Positions 29,396-39,861 of a DNA stretch of 64,000 nucleotides are shown here, piece by piece; position 1 is the first letter of the stretch; each line of letters opens with the position of its first letter. The DNA is from Tabrizicola sp. GTDB lineage: Bacteria > Pseudomonadota > Alphaproteobacteria > Rhodobacterales > Rhodobacteraceae. Location of the stretch: the NCBI RefSeq assembly GCF_036781545.1, contig NZ_DAIQAT010000001.1, positions 49,200-113,199 of the forward strand, given 5' to 3'. The translations under genes and the position numbers were made by a program. The notes under the pieces were generated by a model, which searched no databases, had not been told where the DNA came from, and worked only from the letters and a program-made list of their open reading frames with translations.

Positions 29396-31813
29396 TCAGC
29401 TTCGCAACGTGCCGCCCGTCGCTTTCGTGACCTTCTCGATGATCTTGGCGCTGACGGCCTCGATCTCGGCTTCGGTCAGGGTCGCGGTCACGGGTTGCAG
29501 GCGCACCGTCAGAGCGATGGACTTCTTGCCCACACCCATCTGCGCCTCGGCCTTGTCGCCGGTGAACTGGTCGAAGACGCGGACGCTGTCGATCAGCGCC
29601 TTGTCGGCGCCCTGAGCGGCGTTGACGGCGGTCAGGGCCTCGACCTGCTTGTCCACGACGAAGGCGAAGTCGCGTTCCACCGCCTGCAGATCGCTGATCG
29701 CCAGCGCCGGACGGGTCGGCGTCTTGACCTTCGGCGCCGGGACATTGGCGACGAGCACGGTGAAGGCCACGGCAGGGCCCTTCACGTCCATCGCCTGCAA
29801 CACGCGGGGGTGAACCTCGCCGAAGGTCGCCATCGCGTTCGGTCCAAGGCCGATCACGCCCGACCGGCCGGGGTGCCACCAGCCTGCCACCTTGCGGCTG
29901 ATCTGGACCCGGGCAGGCGCGCCGAGGGCGGCAAGCACCGCCTCGGCATCGGCCTTGGCGTCGAAGACATCGACCATCCGGCGCGATCCATGCGGATCAC
30001 GCGGGGCCGCCGCGCCAACCAGCAGGCCCGCGGCTTGCAGATGCTGCTCGCCCGGCTCGCCGCCCTGGAAGGCCGGGCCGATCTCGAACAGCGCCAGGTC
30101 CATGAAGCCGCGCGCCTGATTCCGGGCCGCCGCGGCAAGAAGGCCGGGCAGCAGGTCGGGGCGGAGATGCGTCATCTCTGACGAGATCGGGTTCTCCACC
30201 CGCACCGCCTCGGTTCCGCCACCGAAGAGGGCAGCGGATTTGGCGTCGATGAAGCTGTAGGTCACGCATTCGTTGTAGCCGAGCGTGGCGATGGTCCGCC
30301 GCGCGCTGCGTTCGCGCACCTGCAGGGGCGTCAGGATCGGGCGCGGCACACCCGGTTGCGTCCGGGCCATCGGCGCGCCTTGCAGCTTGGTCAGGCTGGC
30401 GATGCGGGCGACCTCCTCGACCAGATCGGCGTCGCCCAGGATATCAGGGCGCCAGGTCGGCGGGGTCACGTCGTTCCCGTTCAGCCGGAAGCCCAGCGCC
30501 TCCAGCGTGGCGCGCTGGGTGGCTTCCGGAATCTCCATCCCCACCAGGCTGACCACCCGGGCGGGGTCCAGCCGGTAGCTGCGGGTCGCGTCGATAGGGG
30601 CCCCGTCCTGCACCACGGTCCCCGCCTCGCCGCCGCAGAGGTCGAGGATCATCCGGGTCGCAAGCTCCAGCCCCGGCAGTGTGAAGGCCGGATCCACGCC
30701 CCGCTCGAAGCGGTAGCGCGCGTCGGAGTTGGCCTTCAGCGCACGGCCCGTTGCGGCGACGGTGATCGGGTCCCACCAGGCACTTTCCAGGAACACGTCG
30801 GTCGTCTCCGGCGTGCAGCTCGACGCCTCGCCGCCCATGATCCCCGCCAGGGATTCCGGGCCGTGGTCGTCGGCGATGACCATCTGGCTCGGGTTCAGCG
30901 TATGGGTCTTGCCATCGAGCGTGAGCAGCGTCTCGCCGTCGCGGGCGGGGCGGATGTGCAGGTCGCCCTTCACTTTCGCCGCGTCGAAGACATGCAAAGG
31001 CCGGTTCAGGCCGAAGCAGAAGTAATTGGTGATGTCCACCAGCGCCGAGATCGGTCGCAGGCCGATGGCCTTGAGCCGCGCCTGCATCCAGTCGGGCGAG
31101 GGGCCGTTCTTCACGCCGCGGATCAGGCGACCGGCGAAATGGGGGCAGCCCTGGGCCTTCAGCGCCGGGTCGATGATCACGCCGATGGGCGTGGGGAAGG
31201 CGCCGGGTACGGGGGTGACGGCAACCGGCTTCAGCTTGCCCAGCCCCCGCGCGGCAAGGTCGCGGGCGATGCCGTGGATACCCAGCGCATCGGGGCGGTT
31301 GGGCGTGACCTTGATCTCGATCACCGGGTCGTTCAGGCCCTTCCAGTCGATGTAGCGGACCCCCATCGGCGCGTCGGCGGGCAATTCGATGATGCCGTCG
31401 TGATTGTCCGACAGCATCAGCTCGCGCTCGGAACAGAGCATCCCGTTGGAATCCACGCCCCGGATGTTGCCCGGCTTGAGGTCGACGCCCGTGCCGGGGA
31501 CATGGGTGCCGGGGGGCGCAAAGACGCCGACAAGGCCGGTCTTCGCATTGGGTGCGCCGCAGACGACCTGGACTTCCTCGGTCCGCCCGCCCGGCCCGTC
31601 CGGCCAGGTCTCGACCCGGCAGACGCGCAGGCGGTCGGCGTTGGGGTGCTGGACGGCCTCGATCACCCGGCAGATGCGGAAGGGCCCCAGCTGCGCGGCG
31701 GGGTCCTCGATGCCTTCGACTTCCAACCCGAGGTCGGTCAGCGCCTCGGCGAGGACATCGACGGTCGCCTCGGTGTCGAGGTGATCTTTCAGCCAGGACA
31801 GGGTGAACTTCAT
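29396..31813 (-). CDS. pheT: Phenylalanine-tRNA ligase beta subunit
   Basis: MKFTLSWL, HPNADRL, VCGAPN, TPNRPD, RFERGVD, DLVEEVARI, RDFAFVV. Confidence 0.97.
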   Translation of the reverse strand: MKFTLSWLKDHLDTEATVDVLAEALTDLGLEVEGIEDPAAQLGPFRICRVIEAVQHPNADRLRVCRVETWPDGPGGRTEEVQVVCGAPNAKTGLVGVFAPPGTHVPGTGVDLKPGNIRGVDSNGMLCSERELMLSDNHDGIIELPADAPMGVRYIDWKGLNDPVIEIKVTPNRPDALGIHGIARDLAARGLGKLKPVAVTPVPGAFPTPIGVIIDPALKAQGCPHFAGRLIRGVKNGPSPDWMQARLKAIGLRPISALVDITNYFCFGLNRPLHVFDAAKVKGDLHIRPARDGETLLTLDGKTHTLNPSQMVIADDHGPESLAGIMGGEASSCTPETTDVFLESAWWDPITVAATGRALKANSDARYRFERGVDPAFTLPGLELATRMILDLCGGEAGTVVQDGAPIDATRSYRLDPARVVSLVGMEIPEATQRATLEALGFRLNGNDVTPPTWRPDILGDADLVEEVARIASLTKLQGAPMARTQPGVPRPILTPLQVRERSARRTIATLGYNECVTYSFIDAKSAALFGGGTEAVRVENPISSEMTHLRPDLLPGLLAAAARNQARGFMDLALFEIGPAFQGGEPGEQHLQAAGLLVGAAAPRDPHGSRRMVDVFDAKADAEAVLAALGAPARVQISRKVAGWWHPGRSGVIGLGPNAMATFGEVHPRVLQAMDVKGPAVAFTVLVANVPAPKVKTPTRPALAISDLQAVERDFAFVVDKQVEALTAVNAAQGADKALIDSVRVFDQFTGDKAEAQMGVGKKSIALTVRLQPVTATLTEAEIEAVSAKIIEKVTKATGGTLRS

Positions 31814-31871
31814 CGGCGGGCCTCCAAACTGCGGCTTGGGACTTAGCGGAAAGCGGCGGGAAGGGGAAGCG

Positions 31872-32597
31872 TCAGGAGGTGGCCCAGGCCCAGGCGCTGA
31901 AGAGGCCGAAGAAAAGCGGCTGGTGGACAAGGTAGATGATCAGCGTATGGCGGCCGGGGAAGGTAAGGGCGCGGATCAGGGGCGAGGGAGGACTGCCGCG
32001 CCATTGGTCCATGCGAAGGGCCTTCGCGATGGCAAGCCCGGCCAGCGCGGGGGCGGCCCAGGGGATGAGGGGGACATAGTCGCCCATCATCGGTCGGGTT
32101 TCGGCCAGGCCGGTCCAGACCAGCCACAGCGGATCGAAGGCGGCAAAGCGCGGCCCCCAGCCTGCGGCGAAGATCAGGGCGGCGACGGCGAGGGTAAGAG
32201 GCCAAGGCAGGCGAAGGAAGACGAGGCAAAGAAGCGCCGTAACAGCGATGGCATGGAGGATGCCGAACCAGATCGGCCCGCCGGGGACCAGCCAGATGCT
32301 GGCGGTGGTGATGAGGGCGGCGGCGGCGGCGATCATCGCCCAGCGTTTCCAGAACGCAGGCCAGCGGATCCCGCGGCCATGCGCCAGCCAGAGGCCGATG
32401 CCCGAGAGGAAGAGGAAGCTGCCGGCGATGCTCCGCGCGAAGTAGTACCAGAAGGGCTGGGACATGGTGCCGGGGTCGATGTGCCGGAAGAGCGCGAGGT
32501 CGAAGGTGAAGTGGAAGACGACCATGCAGACCAGGGCCAGGGTCCGGGCGATGTCGAGGCTGGTGAGGCGTCCGGCGGGCAATGGGGCTTCGGTCAT
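31872..32597 (-). CDS. DUF1624 / HGSNAT-like membrane acyltransferase
   Basis: RLTSLDIARTLALVCMVVFHF, IWFGILH, DYVPLIPW, GRHTLIIYLVHQP. Confidence 0.87.
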   Translation of the reverse strand: MTEAPLPAGRLTSLDIARTLALVCMVVFHFTFDLALFRHIDPGTMSQPFWYYFARSIAGSFLFLSGIGLWLAHGRGIRWPAFWKRWAMIAAAAALITTASIWLVPGGPIWFGILHAIAVTALLCLVFLRLPWPLTLAVAALIFAAGWGPRFAAFDPLWLVWTGLAETRPMMGDYVPLIPWAAPALAGLAIAKALRMDQWRGSPPSPLIRALTFPGRHTLIIYLVHQPLFFGLFSAWAWATS

Positions 32598-32648
32598 GGG
32601 CGGCACAGTTTCGCGGCTTGGCAGGGATGGCAAGAGCCCGGCCCTAAG

Positions 32649-32716
32649 CGATTTCTTTGAAGAAATCGGTTCGGAGCCTTCGAAGGCTCCGAACCGGAGT
32701 TTTCAAAAACTCCGGT
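32649..32716. repeat. Three overlapping inverted repeats, including a 30-bp perfect palindrome
   Basis: CGATTTCTT-TG-AAGAAATCG; CGGTTCGGAGCCTTCGAAGGCTCCGAACCG (32667-32696); ACCGGAGTTTT-CA-AAAACTCCGGT. Confidence 0.8.
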
Positions 32717-32732
32717 GGACATGTGCCGCCTC

Positions 32733-35285
32733 TCAGAACATCTGCAGCAGGCGCTTGAGGTAATCCAGTTCCTCCAGCGGCCGGGTCAGTTCGCCCGAGC
32801 GGCGGCGGATTTCGTCGAGCAGTTCCTGCGCCCGCTTGTCGGGGTCGTTCTGCACCATGTTCTGGTCCGAGCCGATTCGGGCGGTTTCGCCCGGACGGCG
32901 GCCAAGCGGGTCGGTGCCGTTCGGATCGGCGCTGCCGAAGTCGCGTTCGCCGCCCTGGCCACCGCGGTTCTTCCGCTGTTCCTCGGCCAGCGCCTCGCCG
33001 AAGTTCTGCATTCCGTCGCGCAGCGCCTCCATCGCCTCGGCCTGGCGGTCGAGCGCGCCGCCGAGGTCGCCGTCACGCAACGCCTCCTCGGCGTCCTCCA
33101 TCGCGCGCCCGGCGCGGTCGAGGTCGCGGCGGCCTTCCTCGCCCTGTTCGCTGCCGTCACCCGGAAGATCACCGTTCTGCAACTGGCTCAGCCGGTCGCG
33201 CAGCGCGCGCTGGCGGTCGGAGAGCGAGCCTTCGTCGTTGCCGCCCTGACCCTGGCCCTGCTGGTCCTGGCCAAGCTGGTCGCCATTCTGGCCGTCTTCC
33301 TGGCCTTCGCCCTCGCCGGATTTCTGCCCCGGACGCGGCACGCCCTGCAGGTCGCGGAAGGCGTCGTCCGAAAGATCCTGCTGGTCGCGCAGCGTCTCGC
33401 CCAGGCCCTGCATCCCCTTCTGGCCGGGACCGCCCTGACCCTGCTGGCCCTGCACCACCTGCATGTTCTGCATCAGCTGGCGCAGCTGCTCCATCAGCTC
33501 GGCAGCCTCGGCGGTCTTGCCCTGCTCCATCAGCTCCTGCAGCTTGTCCAGCATCTGCTGCAGCTGGTCGCCCGACATCATTTGGCCCTGCATCATGCTT
33601 TGCTGCTGCTGGTCGGGGTTGCGCTGCGCCTCTTCGGCCAGTTCGCGCATGTAGTCGTTCAGCGCCTGCTGCATTTCCTTCATCAGCTGGTCGATCTCTT
33701 CCGGCGAAGCGCCGTTCTTGATCGCCTCGTCCAGCCGGTCCTGCGCGCGTTGCAGCCGCTCGAAAGCGTCCTGAAGGTTGCCCTCCTCGACCATCAGCGC
33801 GATCTTCCACAGCTCTTCCGCCGCCTTGTCGCGCGCCTCGGTGGTCAAGGCGGCCTCTTGCGCTTCCAGCGACCGCATCAGCACGCGCAGATGCAGGAAG
33901 GCGCGGTCGTGGCGGATGAAGCCTTCGGGGCGATTGGTGACCGCTTTCAGAAGCTCCACCGCGCGGGGGGCGTTGACACGGTTCCACAGAAGGTCGCGCC
34001 GCATCTCGATCAGCGCCGCCGCCAGCGGGTCGAAGAAGCGCTTGCCGTGCAGGGTGACTTCATAGGGGGCGGAACTGCCTTCGTTGCCGGCGGCATCGGC
34101 GACAGTGAAGACCATGGTCACGGGCAGGTTGGCGAAGACATGTTTCGACAGGTCGTCGACCAGAGTGGTTGTCAGCTCGGTGCGCTTGCCCTTGCGGGGA
34201 AGCGGGATGTCGAGAACGACGGGCTCCAGGGCTTCGGGGTCGACCTTCAGCCCATGGCGGCGGTCGATCCTGGCGGTGTCGAGCGTGATGGTGACGCGGC
34301 CGCCGGTGACGCCGTAATCGTCGGTGGCCTTGATGGATTGCTTGAAACGACCGTCGGCTTCGCGGACCATGTCGCCCGAGACTTCGACGGTCGGGGCGGC
34401 GTCGGGCAGCGCGGTGATCTGCCAGTCGCGGCCCCCGGGACCGGTGATGGACAGGTCGCCCGAACGGGTGACGGTCAGGTCGAAGACGCCCTTCATCGCA
34501 TTCGGAACGGCGGCGGCAGCGGTTTCGGTTTCCGGGGCGGGCGGCGCATCTGCGATGGTCTGGGTGACGGAAAGATCACCCTCCGGCCCGTAGAGACGGA
34601 TCTGCAGGCGGGTGCCCGTGGGCAGGTCCAGCTTGGGGTCGGTGATGTCGTTCAGGTAGAGCGAGGGCTTGCCGGTATAGGCCGGGGGCTCGGCCCAGGC
34701 TTCCCAGCTCGGTCCGCCGGGCATGGCGACGGCGGCGCCGGGGGTGAGGCCCGCGACGGTTCCGGCCCGCCAGAACGAGCCGAAGAGCGCGGCCATGACG
34801 AAGGCGGTCAGCGCGACATAGCGCAACGAAAAGCGGTCGCGGGACGACAGCCGCAGGTCGGGCTGAACGGGCCTTGCCCCGGCGGCGCGGGCGGCCATGC
34901 GGTCCTGATGCGCGCGCCAGACAGCAAGCGAGGCAGGGTCATTGGTGCCGATGGCCTGGGTATCGCGCAGGGCGGCGATCGGGCGTCCCGGCATCGCGGC
35001 ATCCAGCCGGTCCAGCGCGTCCATCGCGGTGGGTTTGCGGAAGCTTTTCAGCCCGAGGGCGAGGAGGCCGAGGGCCAGAAGCCCGACAACACCCCCCACG
35101 GCCTGCGCGTAATGCAGAGGGCCAAGGTCCTGCAAACCGAAGGCCAGCGCGGCCAGGATCACGAGCGCAAGCGACCAGAGCGGCCAGAAGGCGCGGGCCA
35201 GACGTTCCGCCCACAGCCCAGCCAGCGTCAGGCGCATCGGCCAGACGAGCGATTTCAGCGGCGGTTCAGGGGTTCGTCCGGTCAT
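32733..35285 (-). CDS. DUF4175 / TIGR02302 family envelope protein
   Basis: N-terminal TMs, WAEPPAYTGKP, DDYGV, Gln/Met-rich coiled tail, DPLGR..ELDYLKRLL; usual position after lysA. Confidence 0.88.
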   Translation of the reverse strand: MTGRTPEPPLKSLVWPMRLTLAGLWAERLARAFWPLWSLALVILAALAFGLQDLGPLHYAQAVGGVVGLLALGLLALGLKSFRKPTAMDALDRLDAAMPGRPIAALRDTQAIGTNDPASLAVWRAHQDRMAARAAGARPVQPDLRLSSRDRFSLRYVALTAFVMAALFGSFWRAGTVAGLTPGAAVAMPGGPSWEAWAEPPAYTGKPSLYLNDITDPKLDLPTGTRLQIRLYGPEGDLSVTQTIADAPPAPETETAAAAVPNAMKGVFDLTVTRSGDLSITGPGGRDWQITALPDAAPTVEVSGDMVREADGRFKQSIKATDDYGVTGGRVTITLDTARIDRRHGLKVDPEALEPVVLDIPLPRKGKRTELTTTLVDDLSKHVFANLPVTMVFTVADAAGNEGSSAPYEVTLHGKRFFDPLAAALIEMRRDLLWNRVNAPRAVELLKAVTNRPEGFIRHDRAFLHLRVLMRSLEAQEAALTTEARDKAAEELWKIALMVEEGNLQDAFERLQRAQDRLDEAIKNGASPEEIDQLMKEMQQALNDYMRELAEEAQRNPDQQQQSMMQGQMMSGDQLQQMLDKLQELMEQGKTAEAAELMEQLRQLMQNMQVVQGQQGQGGPGQKGMQGLGETLRDQQDLSDDAFRDLQGVPRPGQKSGEGEGQEDGQNGDQLGQDQQGQGQGGNDEGSLSDRQRALRDRLSQLQNGDLPGDGSEQGEEGRRDLDRAGRAMEDAEEALRDGDLGGALDRQAEAMEALRDGMQNFGEALAEEQRKNRGGQGGERDFGSADPNGTDPLGRRPGETARIGSDQNMVQNDPDKRAQELLDEIRRRSGELTRPLEELDYLKRLLQMF

Positions 35286-35312
35286 CTCACCTGCCTGGGA
35301 CCGGACCAGAAG

Positions 35313-36578
35313 TCACAGCCATGGGGGAATGGTATCGCGGTTGAGGATTTCGTCAAAGCTCGGTCGCGCCCGGATGACAGCGAAGTGATCCCCGTTGACC
35401 AGAACCTCGGGGATCAGCGGCCGGCTGTTGTATTCCGAGGCCATCACCGCGCCATAGGCCCCCGCACTGCGGAAGGCGACCAGGTCGCCTTCGGCCATGA
35501 GCGGCAGATCGCGGCCCTTTGCAAAGGTGTCGCCGGTCTCGCAAACCGGACCGACCACGTCGAACTCCTGCGTCGGCGCCGCGACGGGGGGTTCGGCGAC
35601 GGGCAGGATGTCGTGATGCGCGCCATACATCGAAGGGCGGACAAGGTCGTTCATCGCGGCGTCAAGGATCAGGAAGTCGCGCCCCTCGCCGTTCTTGACA
35701 TAGATGATGCGCGCGATGAGCAGGCCGGCGTTGCCGCTGATCAGGCGGCCGGGCTCGATCTCGATCTCGCAGCCAAGGTCGCCGACCGTGCGTTTGATCA
35801 GCGCGCCATAGTCGGTGGGCAGGGGCGGCGCCTCGTTCGACCGGGTGTAGGGGATGCCAAGCCCACCGCCGAGGTCGAGCCTGGTGATCGTATGGCCCTC
35901 GGCCCGCAGGCGGTGGGTCAGGTCGGCGACCTTAAGATAGGCCTGTTCGAAGGGGGCGAGATCGGTCAGCTGGCTGCCGATATGGACATCGATGCCGACG
36001 ACCTTCACGCCGGGCAGGCGGGCGGCCTCGGCATAGACCTCCGGGGCGCGGGCGATGGGAATGCCGAACTTGTCCTCCTTGCGGCCCGTCGCGATCTTCT
36101 CATGGGTCTTCGCGTCCACATCGGGATTGACCCGCAGGGCGATGGGGGCGGTCAGCCCGAGGGAGGTGGCCACTTCGGACAGCGCCCGCAGCTCGGGCTC
36201 GCTTTCCACGTTGAACTGCCGGATGCCGCCGGTCAGCGCCAGCCGCATCTCCTCGCGCGTCTTGCCGACACCGGAAAAGACGATGCGGTTGCCGGGCACC
36301 CCCGCGGCCTTCGCCCGCAGATACTCGCCGCCCGAGACCACATCCATCCCGGCGCCGAGGTTGCCGAGGGTCTTCAGGACCGCGACGTTGGACAGCGACT
36401 TGATCGCGAAGCAGACGAGATGCGGGAGGGGGGTGAGGGCCTCGGTGAACAGGCGGTAGTGCCGGGTCAGGGTGGCGGTGGAATAGACGTAGAACGGGGT
36501 GCCGACCTCGGCCGCGATGTCGGCGATGGCGACGTCTTCCGAGTGGAGCGTGCCGTTGCGGTAGAGGAAATGGTCCAT
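35313..36578 (-). CDS. lysA: Diaminopimelate decarboxylase
   Basis: FAIKS (PLP Lys), HIGSQ, DLGGG, EPGR, GPVCETGD, GAYG..MASEYN. Confidence 0.97.
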   Translation of the reverse strand: MDHFLYRNGTLHSEDVAIADIAAEVGTPFYVYSTATLTRHYRLFTEALTPLPHLVCFAIKSLSNVAVLKTLGNLGAGMDVVSGGEYLRAKAAGVPGNRIVFSGVGKTREEMRLALTGGIRQFNVESEPELRALSEVATSLGLTAPIALRVNPDVDAKTHEKIATGRKEDKFGIPIARAPEVYAEAARLPGVKVVGIDVHIGSQLTDLAPFEQAYLKVADLTHRLRAEGHTITRLDLGGGLGIPYTRSNEAPPLPTDYGALIKRTVGDLGCEIEIEPGRLISGNAGLLIARIIYVKNGEGRDFLILDAAMNDLVRPSMYGAHHDILPVAEPPVAAPTQEFDVVGPVCETGDTFAKGRDLPLMAEGDLVAFRSAGAYGAVMASEYNSRPLIPEVLVNGDHFAVIRARPSFDEILNRDTIPPWL

Positions 36579-36684
36579 GCGTCGGCCCCCGGTGCTTCCG
36601 CGCTGTCATATCCGGGCGCGGACCGGGTGCAAAGTGCCGATTTCCGTATGGAAAGCCGGAGAACGGACGCTCAGTCCGGGAACG

Positions 36685-36813
36685 TCACTTCACCACGACG
36701 CCGACCTGCGCCTCGCCCGAAAGGGTGATCCCGGTCGCCGCGGGTTTTTCCGGTTCGCCATCGGCACCGCAGCCGGCGAGGGCGAGACAGGCGAGAAGGA
36801 AGAGGCGGGGCAT
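36685..36813 (-). CDS. Small lipoprotein (42 aa)
   Basis: MPRLFLLACLALAGC lipobox followed by GADGEP; AAAGG RBS. Confidence 0.7.
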   Translation of the reverse strand: MPRLFLLACLALAGCGADGEPEKPAATGITLSGEAQVGVVVK

Positions 36814-36826
36814 GGGCATCCTTTCG

Positions 36827-36976
36827 TCAGGGGTCGATACCGACCGTGGCACCGCCGATCCGGCCGGACAAGCGGGAGTCCGAGTCGTCCCCGTATCCGC
36901 CGAAGCCCAGCTTGGTGCCAAAACTGTGCGAGCAGGCGGAAAGGGCCAGAAGCGCGGCAAGAAGTAGGGCTTTCAT
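36827..36976 (-). CDS. Small lipoprotein (49 aa)
   Basis: MKALLLAALLALSAC lipobox; AAGGA RBS. Confidence 0.65.
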   Translation of the reverse strand: MKALLLAALLALSACSHSFGTKLGFGGYGDDSDSRLSGRIGGATVGIDP

Positions 36977-37007
36977 CCGGGATTTCCTTGTGTTGTGGCG
37001 GCGACCA

Positions 37008-38411
37008 TCATTGCAGCGCCGCCGTCCAGCGGGCGACCTGTTCGCGCACCCGATCCGGGGCGGTGCCACCGTAGGAGGTGCGGCTGCGGACGGAGTTGTC
37101 GACGCCCAGCACGGAGTAGATCTCCTGCGTGATGCCTTCGTGGACGCTGTTCATCTCTGTCAGCGACAGGTCCGGCAGGTCGCAGCCCTTCCCCTCCGCC
37201 ATCGCCACCAGCGCGCCCGTCACATGGTGCGCCTCGCGGAACGGCAGGTTCAGCGTCTTCACCAGCCAGTCGGCGAGGTCGGTCGCGGTGGAAAAGCCGG
37301 AGGCAGCGGCGGCCTTCAGGGTCTCGCGGTTGGCAGTCATGTCCGAGACCATGCCGGTCATCGCGGCCAGTCCCAGCATAAGCGAATCCGCGGCGTCGAA
37401 GACCTGTTCCTTGTCCTCCTGCATGTCCTTGGAATAGGTCAACGCCAGCCCCTTCATCACCGTGAAAAGCGCCACCGTAGCCCCCAGGATGCGCCCCAGC
37501 TTGGCGCGCAGAAGCTCGGCCGCGTCGGGATTCTTCTTCTGCGGCATGATCGAGGATCCGGTGGTCCAGCGATCCGACAGCCGGACAAAGCGGAACTGTG
37601 CGCTGGACCAGATCACCAGTTCTTCGGCAAAGCGCGACAGATGCATGGCAGAGATCGAGGCGGCTGCCAGGAACTCCAGCGCAAAGTCGCGATCACTGAC
37701 GGAATCGAGGCTGTTCGCGGTGGGCCGGTCAAAGCCCAGGGCCTGCGCCGTCATGTGCCGGTCGATGGGGAAGCTGGTCCCCGCCAACGCGGCGGCGCCA
37801 AGGGGGCATTCGTTCATCCGCTTGCGGGCATCCTCAAACCGGGAACGGTCACGGGCGAACATCTCGACATAGGCCAGCATGTGATGGCCCCAGGTGACAG
37901 GCTGCGCGGTCTGCAGATGGGTGAAGCCGGGCATCACCCAGTCGGCCCCGGCCTCGGCCTGCGCCACGAAGGCCTGCATCAGGCCGGTCAGCCCCGCGAT
38001 GGCCTGATCGCACTGGTCGCGGACCCACAGACGGAAGTCCACCGCCACCTGGTCATTGCGGCTGCGCCCGGTGTGCAGGCGCTTGCCCGCCTCGCCGATG
38101 CGGTCGGTCAGCCGGGCCTCGATGTTCAGGTGGATGTCTTCTAGATCGGTGGTGAAGGGAAACGTCCCGGCCTCGATCTCTGACAAGATCGCGAGCAGGC
38201 CTTCCCCAATGGCCTCGGCGTCCTTAGAAGAGATGATGCCCTGCGCGGCCAGCATTGCCGCATGGGCCCGGCTGCCCGCGATGTCCTGGGCGTAGAGCCG
38301 CTGGTCGAAGCCGATCGAGGCGTTGATCGCCGTCATGATCGCGCTGGGGCCTTCGGCAAAGCGCCCGCCCCACATCGTGTTGGCGGATTTGGGATCGCGG
38401 GCGTTGGACAT
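37008..38411 (-). CDS. argH: Argininosuccinate lyase
   Basis: [31 protein letters not shown]. Confidence 0.97.
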   Translation of the reverse strand: MSNARDPKSANTMWGGRFAEGPSAIMTAINASIGFDQRLYAQDIAGSRAHAAMLAAQGIISSKDAEAIGEGLLAILSEIEAGTFPFTTDLEDIHLNIEARLTDRIGEAGKRLHTGRSRNDQVAVDFRLWVRDQCDQAIAGLTGLMQAFVAQAEAGADWVMPGFTHLQTAQPVTWGHHMLAYVEMFARDRSRFEDARKRMNECPLGAAALAGTSFPIDRHMTAQALGFDRPTANSLDSVSDRDFALEFLAAASISAMHLSRFAEELVIWSSAQFRFVRLSDRWTTGSSIMPQKKNPDAAELLRAKLGRILGATVALFTVMKGLALTYSKDMQEDKEQVFDAADSLMLGLAAMTGMVSDMTANRETLKAAAASGFSTATDLADWLVKTLNLPFREAHHVTGALVAMAEGKGCDLPDLSLTEMNSVHEGITQEIYSVLGVDNSVRSRTSYGGTAPDRVREQVARWTAALQ

Positions 38412-38451
38412 GGGCAGAACTTTCTGGGGCGGGACTTTCGGGGTGAGACAG

Positions 38452-38991
38452 GTGCGGAAACTGGTGGTGCTGCTCTACACGGCCTTCCTGATCGGTGCAA
38501 ATCCGGCGGTGGCGGACGTGTCGGCCCTGCGCGAGGGCGACATGAAAAAGCTGGTGCTGCTGGGCGAGCCCGTCGCGGTGCCCGAGGCGGTGCTGCTGGA
38601 TGCCGAGGATGGCGAGCACGCGCTGGCTGATTACAAGGGCAAATGGGTGGTACTGAACTTCTGGGCGACCTGGTGCGCACCCTGCCGCCGCGAGATGCCC
38701 TCGCTGCAAGGCCTGCAGGCGGCAATGCCAGGGATCGCGGTGGTGCCGGTGGCGACGGGACGCAACGCGGTGGAAGGGATCAGGCGCTTCTTCAAGGATG
38801 CGGGCGTGACGACCCTGCCGATCCTGCGCGACCCACAGTCGAAACTGGCCCATTCGATGGGCGTGATGGGCCTGCCGGTGACGGTGATCCTGAACCCCGA
38901 AGGGCAAGAGGTCGCCCGGCTGATCGGCGACGCGGACTGGAACAGCGACAGCGCCAAGGCGGTGCTGGGGGCGCTGGTGGCCGGTCAGTAG
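38452..38991 (+). CDS. tlpA: TlpA-family thiol:disulfide oxidoreductase
   Basis: [21 protein letters not shown]; signal-like N-terminus; GTG start inferred; divergent from argH as usual. Confidence 0.85.
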   Translation: MRKLVVLLYTAFLIGANPAVADVSALREGDMKKLVLLGEPVAVPEAVLLDAEDGEHALADYKGKWVVLNFWATWCAPCRREMPSLQGLQAAMPGIAVVPVATGRNAVEGIRRFFKDAGVTTLPILRDPQSKLAHSMGVMGLPVTVILNPEGQEVARLIGDADWNSDSAKAVLGALVAGQ

Positions 38992-39431
38992 TTGAGGCGG
39001 TCGTCGAAGACGAAGGGCTCGGTCAGGGCGACCTGAACGTCCACCATCGCGGGGTGGCGGGGGTTCAGCATGACGTTGCGCTCCAGCGGGATCACACGGC
39101 TGGGGACGAGGAGGCCGAGGGAGGAGGCCGAGCGGAGCCAGGCATCGCCCAAGGCAACGCTTTCTTCGCTCGAGATGCCTGGGGGATGGCCGGGATCGCT
39201 GATCAGTTCATCCGGGACATCCAACCCAATGGCAAGATAGCGCGGCAACGTCTCTTTCTGCCGCTCGTTCCGGGGCAGATGGACCAGAACTTCCAGCGCC
39301 GCGAGGGCAAGTGAGTCGGACGTGTAGACCGTCGGCTGTCCGACACTGTTCCAGCGCCCGCCCCAGAGCCGCGCGCCTTCTCCGTCCAGTCCGGGCGAAT
39401 GCCGTTCCTCGGTCAGCCGCCAGATGCGCAC
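38985..39431 (-). CDS. RES-domain toxin
   Basis: GARLWGGRWNS.G, YTSDSLALAALEVLVH, VPSRV..N..LNPRHP. Confidence 0.9.
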   Translation of the reverse strand: MRIWRLTEERHSPGLDGEGARLWGGRWNSVGQPTVYTSDSLALAALEVLVHLPRNERQKETLPRYLAIGLDVPDELISDPGHPPGISSEESVALGDAWLRSASSLGLLVPSRVIPLERNVMLNPRHPAMVDVQVALTEPFVFDDRLNY

Positions 39432-39851
39432 TCAGCTATAGACCCCATGCGCCAGCCTGCCGATGATCGTCTCCACCTCGCGCGCACCGATGTCGGTCTG
39501 GGCCATCTCGATCGGGATGCGTTCGCCCAGCGCAGGGTTCGGGCTGCGCATGAAGGTGTCTGCGTTCTTGTCGTTCTGGAACAGGTCGCGCGCAGCCTTG
39601 ACCACCCGCAACAACCGCGCGAGGCCGTCGGCTTCCTCGATCTTCAGGTTCTCGCCATTGGCGATGCGGCGGTCGAGCGTGCGGTCGGGGATGATCCGGC
39701 GGATATCGTCCCGCGTCAGGCCCTGCGATTCGAGCGACCGGGCCCAGGCGGCGGGGATGCCCTTTTCCAGCGCCTTGAAGGATGTGAAGACGGCGGCCTG
39801 CTCGGCGCAGCCGGGGGCCGGGGTCGTCGGTTTGCGCTGTGTGTTGGCCAT
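39432..39851 (-). CDS. Xre/MbcA/ParS-type antitoxin
   Basis: RTLDRR HTH, then FMRSPNPALG..PI..GAREVE..IGRLAHGVYS; directly upstream of RES gene. Confidence 0.9.
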   Translation of the reverse strand: MANTQRKPTTPAPGCAEQAAVFTSFKALEKGIPAAWARSLESQGLTRDDIRRIIPDRTLDRRIANGENLKIEEADGLARLLRVVKAARDLFQNDKNADTFMRSPNPALGERIPIEMAQTDIGAREVETIIGRLAHGVYS

Positions 39852-39861
39852 AGGTCGTCTC

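Noticed and set aside
32715..36728. 1337-aa plus-strand ORF
   Set aside because: Antisense shadow of the DUF4175 gene and lysA; no motifs; typical of high-GC codon bias
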